NCBI GenBank assembly: GCA_043732485.1 | Contig: JAYTHP010000090.1 | Coordinates: forward strand, 1 to 14,594 | From: Oligoflexia bacterium | GTDB taxonomy: Bacteria > Bdellovibrionota > UBA1018 | Direction: 5' to 3' | Length of the DNA: 14,594 bases | In this document: positions 6,635 to 13,914 of the stretch, piece after piece | How positions within the stretch are numbered: the first letter of the stretch is position 1 | Layout of the letters: every line of letters starts with the position of its first letter | Position numbers and translations under genes: made by a program | The notes under the pieces: model-generated | What the model was told of the DNA's origin: nothing | What the model saw: the letters and a program-made list of their open reading frames with translations, nothing else | Databases searched by the model: none

Positions 6635-6677
6635 AAAAAAAAAGCCGCTTCTTGCCCAAAAGGCTTAAAGCGGCTTT
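6635..6677 (-). terminator. Rho-independent terminator of rpsA
   Basis: Minus strand AAAGCCGCTT-taagccttttgggcaag-AAGCGGC followed by nine T, about 50 nt after the rpsA stop. Confidence 0.85.
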
Positions 6678-6729
6678 GCAATCTCTCTCACTTGCGTGAG
6701 TCAGCGCTCAACAAATGTCTTCCCGAGCG

Positions 6730-8550
6730 CTATTCTTCTTGATCCGAATTAGGCTTGAACGCCGCCTTAAGCTTATCTCCTAAGATATCGCCCATAGACG
6801 TCTTCCGCGAACGCTCACCTACATATTGGTCATAGTTCGCTCGCTCTTCCGTACGCGTCAGCTGCTTAATCGACAAACCGATTCTACGCTCTTTCGGCTC
6901 AATTGCCAAAATCTCAGCGCGTACCTGATCGCCAACCTTGAGGACGTCCGAAGGCTTGTCCACGCGGTGATCAGCAATCTCACTCACATAAATCAGTCCT
7001 TCCACTCCTTCTTCCAGCTCAATGAAAGCTCCAAAGTCGGTCAGCTTAGTCACAGCGCCGTGCACGGCTTGGCCCTGACGGTAACGTGACTTAATATTTT
7101 CCCAAGGATCACGTTCTAACTGCTTGATCCCTAAGGAAAACTTCTCAGATACCTTATCAATGCCTAAAACCACTGCGCGAATCGGGTCACCCTTTTTGAA
7201 CTTTTCCGAAGGATGAGCAAACTTCTTGGTCCAGACAATATCACTGACGTGCACCAAGCCATCGATGCCCATGCCAATGTCCACGAAGACACCGAAATCC
7301 GTCACCGACTTCACTTCACCTTCTACAATCGTGCCGAGCGGGTACTTCACTTCCAAAGCATCCCAAGGATTCTCCTGCAGCTGCTTCAAACCTAAAGAAA
7401 TGCGCTTGTTCTTGGAGTCAACTTCTAAAACCTTGCACTCCACCTCATCACCGACGTTGATGATCTTCGATGGATGCTTAACGCGCTCCGTCCAAGACAT
7501 CTCCGAGACGTGAATCAGGCCTTCGATGCCGTCTTCTAACTCAACGAAAGCCCCGTAGTCCTTCAGACTGACAATCTTTCCTTTGACCTTAACGCCCACA
7601 GGAAACCTGTACTCAGCCTCATCCCAAGGATTCGGTGACACTTGCTTCAAGCCAAGCGACACTCTTTCCTTATCGCGGTCGTACTTCAAGATCTTCACCT
7701 TAATCTCATCACTCACCGCAAACAGCTCACTAGGATGCTTGATGCGCCCCCAGGACATGTCCGTGATGTGCAACAAGCCGTCCATCCCGCCTAAGTCAAT
7801 GAACGCCCCGTATTCGGTGATGTTCTTGACCACGCCGGCCACAATCGAGCCTTCTTGCAAATTCGCTAAGGTTTCAGCTCGTTGCAGTTCTCGCTCTTGC
7901 GAGACCACAGCGCGCCTGGATAACACAATGTTACCGCGCTTCTTGTTAAACTTAATGATCTTAAATTTCAGTTTCTTACCTAAGAACTTATCTAAGTTCT
8001 TCACAGGCTTGGTGTCCAGCTGACTGCCCGGTAAAAAGGCCTTCACGCCAATATCCACCGACAACCCACCTTTGACCTTGGCAATGACCGTGCCTTCTAC
8101 TAACTGATCTTTTTCGCAAGCCTGAGAAATTTCATCCCATGCGCGGATAATTTCAGCCTTGTCCTTGGAAAGCAGCATATAGCCGTTTTCCATCTCCATG
8201 CGCTCTAAATAGACGCTGACCACATCGCCCGCAGCCACCACGATGTTGCCCTGGTTGTCTTTAAATTCTTGAATGTAAACAAGACCTTCGCACTTATAGC
8301 CGATGTCAATGGTCGCGTACTCAGTGCCCACGGAGATCACGGTACCGTCGACCACTTCCCCTTCTTTAATTTCTTGTTGACGCTGGGAGGCTTCAAAGAG
8401 TTCTGCAAACGTCTCTTCACCTTCTTCTAAGGAGTCGCAAATCTCCTCTCCTTGAAGGTCAGAGGAGAATTCATCCATCCAATTTTGATTTTTGAGAAGA
8501 GATTGAGTTTTTTTGGAGATCTCAGCTCCTGTCGATTGCTTACCTACCAT
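6730..8550 (-). CDS. rpsA: 30S ribosomal protein S1 (six S1 domains), 606 aa
   Basis: FAELFEAS N-terminal helix; repeated S1 motifs (AFLPGSQLD, YGAFIDLGGMDGLLHITDMSW, GIEGLIHVSEMSW, GIDGLVHVSDIVW, GVEGLIYVSEI); C-terminal SMGDILGDKL. Confidence 0.99.
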   Translation of the reverse strand: MVGKQSTGAEISKKTQSLLKNQNWMDEFSSDLQGEEICDSLEEGEETFAELFEASQRQQEIKEGEVVDGTVISVGTEYATIDIGYKCEGLVYIQEFKDNQGNIVVAAGDVVSVYLERMEMENGYMLLSKDKAEIIRAWDEISQACEKDQLVEGTVIAKVKGGLSVDIGVKAFLPGSQLDTKPVKNLDKFLGKKLKFKIIKFNKKRGNIVLSRRAVVSQERELQRAETLANLQEGSIVAGVVKNITEYGAFIDLGGMDGLLHITDMSWGRIKHPSELFAVSDEIKVKILKYDRDKERVSLGLKQVSPNPWDEAEYRFPVGVKVKGKIVSLKDYGAFVELEDGIEGLIHVSEMSWTERVKHPSKIINVGDEVECKVLEVDSKNKRISLGLKQLQENPWDALEVKYPLGTIVEGEVKSVTDFGVFVDIGMGIDGLVHVSDIVWTKKFAHPSEKFKKGDPIRAVVLGIDKVSEKFSLGIKQLERDPWENIKSRYRQGQAVHGAVTKLTDFGAFIELEEGVEGLIYVSEIADHRVDKPSDVLKVGDQVRAEILAIEPKERRIGLSIKQLTRTEERANYDQYVGERSRKTSMGDILGDKLKAAFKPNSDQEE

Positions 8551-8680
8551 ATTAATTTTAATGGCCTTTCTTGATACAAGGGGGCTCCCTCTACCGCAAA
8601 GCAGTATTCAGGGGGGCTCACCCAATAAAGTCCTAAGCAACTCTTGCAAGTGCTCAGAGACGGACGTCTTTTCAACGAGT
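8551..8680 (-). promoter_or_regulatory. Structured ~130-nt rpsA 5' leader
   Basis: Hairpin CUGAGC-ACUU-GCAA-GAGU-U-GCUUAG (8657-8633, GNRA loop) and hairpin CCCU-GAA-UACUGC-UUU-GCGGUA-G-AGGG (8613-8587); AU-rich stretch before the ATG; no canonical SD at normal spacing. Confidence 0.5.
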
Positions 8681-8685
8681 CTCTG

Positions 8686-8714
8686 AAGATAGAGAGCTTA
8701 AGTCTTTTTGTCAA
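8686..8714 (-). promoter_or_regulatory. sigma70-like promoter of rpsA
   Basis: TTGACA (8714-8709), 17-nt spacer, TATCTT (8691-8686). Confidence 0.7.
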
Positions 8715-8835
8715 ATGATTATCGTCGATGACGCAAGGGAATGATGAGCGGCAATGCCGAGCGCACTCTAAAACATCCTCCCCCCCTTCATGCAGCTGAA
8801 CGACCGGCGACCCAGCAAAAACAGCAGCCCAGAGC

Positions 8836-11193
8836 TTAGAAAAGCATCTGACAACCAGGCGCCGCACGCCTAAGCTGATCCTGCAGTTCTGGGCTCAGCG
8901 CATGGCCAGCCAGATTCAGCGAGGTCAAGCGCGTTCGAGCCACGACCTGAATCAACTCGGCGACACCTGCTGGCGTGATCAGATTCCAGCCCAGGTTTAA
9001 GACCCGAATCCCGGTGTCAGGCAAGACCTTGGCCAAAACCGCAACGCCTGCATCACCGATATTGTTCCACTCTAAGTCAAGCTCCGTCACGCGCGTCTGG
9101 GGGAGAACCCTCGTTAGGCTCACTAATCCCAGATCCCTGATACTGCTCCCTTTTAATTGTAAAGTCGTGATGCGAGTGCGCGGCAGCACCTCCGCCAGCA
9201 ACTCGCCCCCCCGCTCATCAATCGGATTCATCCCTAAATCCAAAGTCTTAAGCACCGTGTGCGGAAGTGCTGCCGCAAGCACAGCCAGCCCGGCGTCTGC
9301 GATTCCTGCACCGTGCAGCTTCAAAACGTTGAGCCTAGTCAGGGGCAGGACTTTTGCCAAGGCAGCCACCCCGGCATTTTTCAGGGGATTATGACTCAAA
9401 TTCAAGGATTGCAGCGGATGAGGACCACCACCATCCGCCCCCTCACAGCGCTTCGCCAGCCCCGCGGCAAGCCGCTTGACACCCAAGGCTCCGATGTTGT
9501 TCCACTCTAAACCAAGGCATTGCAAACTCGAGCGGGGCAAGGCTTTTGCCAGAGCGCCTGCCCCGTCGTCTCCAATGGCATTAAACCTCAAGTACAAGGA
9601 CTCTAGACGGGTGCGAGACAAAACGTTGGCAAGCGGTTTCACGCCCACGGCTCCGAGAAAATTGCCCTCTAAGCTCAAGTGAACAAGCCGGGTCTGGGGC
9701 AACACGTTGGCTAGCGCCTGAGCTCCGAAGTGCGAGATTTGGTTACTACTCAAATCCAGCGTCGACAGAAAACTCCCAGGCAGGGCTGCGGCTAAGCGCG
9801 TCAGCCCGCGGCTTCCAATGGCGTTCATCCCTAGATTAAGCTGCGTCAGCTCCGGCATTTGCGGCAAAGCCAAGGCTAGGCAGTAGACCCCCTCATCCCA
9901 CAAACGGTTGCCTGCTAAGTTGAGCTCCTGCAGGCGCGTGTGCGGTAAGCAAGCTGCCAGCTGGGCGATCCCCGCGAACTCTAGTGCACTGTAGGCCAAG
10001 TCCAGTGCGGTGACTTGCGTCTGAGGGAGCACCTGGGCAAGCGCACGAATGCCCCCCAGCCTCAGCCGATTAGAAGCCAGCGAAAGCTTCGTGAGACGCG
10101 TATGGGGCAAGACGGCTGCCAGGACCGCAACTCCTTCCGCGGAAAGGCCATTATTGCGCAAGTCAAGCTCGGTTAAAGCGCTTTGCGGCAAGGCCGAGGC
10201 AAGCCAGCTCAATCCCTGATCGCGCAGATCATTATCCCGAAGCTTCAGACTCACCAGCTGAGTCTGGGGTAACCCGAGCGCAAGCTTCTGCGCCCCTAAC
10301 TCCCCCAAAGCTTGACCACTTAAATCCAAAGCCGCAAGAGACATTTGCGGCAGCACGGCTGCCAAAGCCTGAGCGCCTTGCGGGCCGAGCTGTAAAGCGA
10401 GCCCTTCTTTTTTAAAAACCAGCTCCTGCACGCGCGCTAGGCCTGCTGGAAAAAGCTGCCATAGATCGCCCCAGTTCTCCCCGTGCGCATCTCCTACCGC
10501 AAGCGATAGACGGGTCAGCCAGCCTGCCTCCGGAGAAAGTAAAAACTGCCGCAACTCCTCAACTCCTGCCAAACGCAACTGAAGCGCGCTTGCCAGATAA
10601 GGCGGCGCCTGGTAACGACCGGGCGATAAGCCTGCTGCAAGCGACCTGCAAACCGTCACTTCATCAGACTCTCCGGCAGCCTCGCCGGCAATCTCGCCGG
10701 ATAGCGCTGAAGCTCTTGCCCTTTGCGCGAAAAACTGCTGATACGTCACCGGGCGCACGTCTTCTAACCGGTCTGCACCCAACGCCGCCGACCCTTCCTC
10801 GTCTTGCCTCCCTGCACCCGGGGAACCTTTGAGGCGAAGACGACCACGACAACGCCGCTGCTGCTCCATTTGCCAAAAATTGCTAGCCTCCTGCCACGAG
10901 GCATGAGAGCAACGGGCCCATTGATACTGGGAATGAGCGTCAAGCTGAAAGAAGATGGTGCGCCGCACGTCGACAGGCAGGGCGCGCAGTATCCCCAAAG
11001 CGCCATTTTTGCTCATTAACTCGCTCAGTTCAGTGGCTAAGGCGGCCTCCGCTCCACGCGATGCCTGCTCCGGCATCCGCGAACAACAAAGGCCTGCTCC
11101 AGCGTCAGGCCGGAAAGTGATACTTTGCAAAAACAACAGTAGCCAGAAATCAGCCAAAACCGCAAGAAGACGCAACTCAACCCCTATTTTCAT
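8836..11193 (-). CDS. Putative exported F-box-like + leucine-rich-repeat protein (RI/NLR-like LRRs), 785 aa
   Basis: Hydrophobic N-terminus ending AGA|G; aa 68-107 ILRALPVDVRRTIFFQLDAHSQYQWARCSHASW resembles the F-box consensus; from aa 286, about 18 repeats of mostly 27 aa (LxxLxLxxNxIgxxGxxxLAxxLPxTx). Confidence 0.9.
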   Translation of the reverse strand: MKIGVELRLLAVLADFWLLLFLQSITFRPDAGAGLCCSRMPEQASRGAEAALATELSELMSKNGALGILRALPVDVRRTIFFQLDAHSQYQWARCSHASWQEASNFWQMEQQRRCRGRLRLKGSPGAGRQDEEGSAALGADRLEDVRPVTYQQFFAQRARASALSGEIAGEAAGESDEVTVCRSLAAGLSPGRYQAPPYLASALQLRLAGVEELRQFLLSPEAGWLTRLSLAVGDAHGENWGDLWQLFPAGLARVQELVFKKEGLALQLGPQGAQALAAVLPQMSLAALDLSGQALGELGAQKLALGLPQTQLVSLKLRDNDLRDQGLSWLASALPQSALTELDLRNNGLSAEGVAVLAAVLPHTRLTKLSLASNRLRLGGIRALAQVLPQTQVTALDLAYSALEFAGIAQLAACLPHTRLQELNLAGNRLWDEGVYCLALALPQMPELTQLNLGMNAIGSRGLTRLAAALPGSFLSTLDLSSNQISHFGAQALANVLPQTRLVHLSLEGNFLGAVGVKPLANVLSRTRLESLYLRFNAIGDDGAGALAKALPRSSLQCLGLEWNNIGALGVKRLAAGLAKRCEGADGGGPHPLQSLNLSHNPLKNAGVAALAKVLPLTRLNVLKLHGAGIADAGLAVLAAALPHTVLKTLDLGMNPIDERGGELLAEVLPRTRITTLQLKGSSIRDLGLVSLTRVLPQTRVTELDLEWNNIGDAGVAVLAKVLPDTGIRVLNLGWNLITPAGVAELIQVVARTRLTSLNLAGHALSPELQDQLRRAAPGCQMLF

Positions 11194-11342
11194 CGTCTCA
11201 TTATTTACCTAAAGTCTCGTTGAAAGCCTATAAAAAAAGCTTTTTATCTCGGCACTGACCGCATCTTTCAGCTCAAAAGCGAGGGGCTTCCCACGCAAAA
11301 AGCCGCCTTGGGGCGGGGCTCAAATCTTCGACAATGATCCTG

Positions 11343-11372
11343 AAAGCTAGGGCTGGCAGTCAGCCGCCTAGC
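11343..11372 (-). terminator. Hairpin downstream of the lipoprotein gene (weak terminator candidate)
   Basis: Minus strand GCTAGG-CG-GCTG-actgc-CAGC-CCTAGC followed by only TTT. Confidence 0.35.
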
Positions 11373-11401
11373 CCCTTGCAGGGTAACCGGGCAAAAAACG
11401 G

Positions 11402-12100
11402 CTAGCGGCAGTCACTCCTCAGATCCGTATGAGCGTCGTCTGCCCAGATTTGCACCCAAGCCGATTGCTCAGCAGCCTCGGTGATCTCGGGGTTGAGGTC
11501 CTTGGTCCACTTGGGAATGGCATTACCGAAAGTATCCACCTTGACCACTTCATCATCAAAGCTGTCAAAACGGGAGTCAAACGGATAACGCAGGCTTTGA
11601 CTCACCGTCGGTTGCAGACGAAAGCGACTCGTGGGATCACCACTCGGCTTAAGCCGAACCGCACCGCCGTCTTGACATAAGAACACCGTCATCGGGACCG
11701 TTTGCCCGTCCTTGGTGAGAAGCGGAGCGTGAGAGAGGGGATTTTTCAGCACGTCATTGCTGCGAAGACAGCCCCGTTTGCCCATTTCCGCTTCAATCTC
11801 CGAGGGACAACGATTTCTAAAGTCGAAATTACGCAGCGATTCGCCGTAGATTTTCCCACTGCTGAGTAGTTTGCGATTGCGAAAATCAGCGACGGCTTGA
11901 GTCACCTTTTCACTGACCGAGCCAGCCCAAAGCCGCGCAGGGCTGCTTGAGGCTAATGCTAAAAATTCTTCCATTGAAGCGTGAGATGAAGCAGTCGGAG
12001 CACGAATAGAAGTAACCACGCACCCGCCGAGGCCTAGAAGGCCTGAGCAGACTAGAAACGCTAAAGGTTGACAAACCGCAACTCTCAATACTTTTTGCAT
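11402..12100 (-). CDS. Hypothetical lipoprotein (232 aa from ATG 12100)
   Basis: Strong SD GAGGAG 5 nt before ATG 12100; basic N-terminus, hydrophobic stretch and lipobox LGG|C27; no family recognised with confidence. Confidence 0.8.
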   Translation of the reverse strand: MQKVLRVAVCQPLAFLVCSGLLGLGGCVVTSIRAPTASSHASMEEFLALASSSPARLWAGSVSEKVTQAVADFRNRKLLSSGKIYGESLRNFDFRNRCPSEIEAEMGKRGCLRSNDVLKNPLSHAPLLTKDGQTVPMTVFLCQDGGAVRLKPSGDPTSRFRLQPTVSQSLRYPFDSRFDSFDDEVVKVDTFGNAIPKWTKDLNPEITEAAEQSAWVQIWADDAHTDLRSDCR

Positions 12101-12174
12101 CAATTCTCCTCTTTTTCCTTGTTTTCCTCTTTTTTTTGCAAGCCCCAGCGCAAAGAGTATGCGCCGGGATTCCC

Positions 12175-12196
12175 TTTAAGGCTTAATTGCCTTAAA
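12175..12196. promoter_or_regulatory. Perfect 8-bp inverted repeat upstream of the lipoprotein gene (operator or hairpin candidate)
   Basis: TTTAAGGC-TTAATT-GCCTTAAA; no U-tract directly after it on either strand. Confidence 0.35.
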
Positions 12197-12281
12197 AAAA
12201 AGCAATCCTTAGCCCCACCGTTTTACCTGAAGCTTCCTTAACATACCAAAAAAATCATTCTTCAAGCCTCAAGCCCCGGAA

Positions 12282-13502
12282 CTAACGATCAGGAGATCCC
12301 GCCCCCTCAGGCGCCGAGATTTCGGCGCACCTCAGCCGCTCTTGCACCTCCTGAAGCTGATCCTCCGAAGGCACAACGCGCGGACCGTCAGACGCGACTC
12401 CCGAAGCGACTTTCGAAGTGACAGTGGCACCGTAGGAACCACCACCGCCACCGGCTTCTCGATCTTTCAAAACTGTGGCCAAACGCTGTAAGGTCTCACG
12501 ATCAAAACCATCCCCCGCTAGACGGGCGTGCTGCAAGGCCTCCCCCAGATCCACCCCAAAAAGATGCATCGCTAATCGACCCTGCGCTTGCTGATAAAAG
12601 CGATTTTCCAGCCGCGCAGCCGTCTCGCGCAAAAGGCTCAGGTAAGTCGCAAGCAACCTTGGCAGGTAACCTCGCGTTTCGATCATTCCAGCAGCCTCAT
12701 AGACAAATTCAGCCCTCAGCTGCGGATCCCTCATCTGCCCCAGGATCCCCGCAAGGAAAGCTCGTAACTCTGCCTCAGTGGGGCAGGTACACTTCAAGCG
12801 TGGCCATCCTCGACCAGATCCGTGATCGGACTTGCACTGATACTCACCAACGCCACTTAAGTACCTCGAGAATGAGGCGCGAAAGACCCCCATCAACCAT
12901 TCGCGGAACCCCAACTGCGGATCTTCCGCATCGATACCAAAGCTGACTCGCAAAAAATTAAAAAATTCAAGCGGCAAGGGGGCCATTTTGTGCACCCATT
13001 GGATGATTTCAATTAATCCGTCTCGGTGATCTTCCTCAGAGGAGTAATCGGCGGAAAGCGTAAGAAGAGGATTGCCATCACGCCCAGACCATTGCTCGGA
13101 AAAAATACCTGGCATGCTTGAAACACGGAACAGATAGTCCCTGGAAGGTCCACCTGGCCCAAAAGCTATTGCTAATTTAAAAGCCTGCGGAAATTTCGAC
13201 GCTTTACGGCTGATCACCTGGGAGCAAAGAGACCGGGCACTTAAGGCAAGCATTGCAAACTCTGAATCGTTTCTCTTATAGGAGAAGCAATGTTTACTGT
13301 AATAGCCGCAAAATACACCGCCGGAAAATCCCGGATTATATCTTAAAATAATCTCGCTTTGCCTACTGCAAGCACAAGTAGACGGACTGTCGTGGTTTAT
13401 TTTGGTCACCTGCCATCCTTCTTCGTCACGTCCCGCTAAGGCACTGCTGGGAAAGGCCTCCACTAAAAAGAGAATCGCAAGACAAACACTCAAAAATCTC
13501 AT
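12282..13502 (-). CDS. Hypothetical secreted protein, 406 aa
   Basis: Long ORF with a classical Sec signal peptide MRFLSVCLAILFLVEAFPSSALA|G; Cys-containing N-terminal region and a helical-looking C-terminal half; no recognised domain. Confidence 0.8.
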   Translation of the reverse strand: MRFLSVCLAILFLVEAFPSSALAGRDEEGWQVTKINHDSPSTCACSRQSEIILRYNPGFSGGVFCGYYSKHCFSYKRNDSEFAMLALSARSLCSQVISRKASKFPQAFKLAIAFGPGGPSRDYLFRVSSMPGIFSEQWSGRDGNPLLTLSADYSSEEDHRDGLIEIIQWVHKMAPLPLEFFNFLRVSFGIDAEDPQLGFREWLMGVFRASFSRYLSGVGEYQCKSDHGSGRGWPRLKCTCPTEAELRAFLAGILGQMRDPQLRAEFVYEAAGMIETRGYLPRLLATYLSLLRETAARLENRFYQQAQGRLAMHLFGVDLGEALQHARLAGDGFDRETLQRLATVLKDREAGGGGGSYGATVTSKVASGVASDGPRVVPSEDQLQEVQERLRCAEISAPEGAGSPDR

Positions 13503-13914
13503 AAATTTCTTTATCCATTTTTAAAAATACTTCTACTACTGCTGCTCCGAGGCAGCGCCACCAGCCCACTTCCATAAAACGAGCCTCTCACGCACCCGAA
13601 GCATTACTCAGGCCTCAGCCGAAGATTGCAAACAAGGGTAAGCTAGGGCAAACCAGCGCCAAGAAACCTCTCAGCCCTTTAGCGCAAGAATTACTCGTCT
13701 GCGAGCCAGAAGCCTCCACCGAGGCACCGCTTGACTAGCCAAGCTGACTGGAAAAAAGAACCCACCACATTAGTCAGACGCCAAAAGTGCAAGATTCAAT
13801 AGCTGTCAATGGAAGAGTCAATGAAGGAAGAGACGGTTACACTAAATAGAAAAAATGAGCAAGCGAAGCAATTTTTGACCTCGCCTGCTCACGCCCGATC
13901 TCTCCTTGGCGTGC

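Noticed and set aside
4259..6742. Multiple ORFs opposite or out of frame within rsmB and sppA (e.g. 5308-5733, 6275-6742)
   Set aside because: Antisense shadows of conserved genes in GC-rich DNA.
6826..8023. + strand ORFs within rpsA (e.g. 7583-8023)
   Set aside because: Codon-bias antisense shadows of a highly expressed gene.
8544..8867. 107-aa minus ORF bridging the LRR gene and rpsA
   Set aside because: It spans the rpsA promoter and leader, has no protein-like motifs and is not cmk.
8975..11212. + strand and alternate-frame ORFs inside the LRR gene
   Set aside because: Antisense reflections of the repeat-coding frame.
13780..13830. TTGACA on the minus strand and a GTCAATG direct repeat upstream of the secreted-protein gene
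   Set aside because: No acceptable -10 box at 16-18 nt spacing, and the repeat is too short to support a call.
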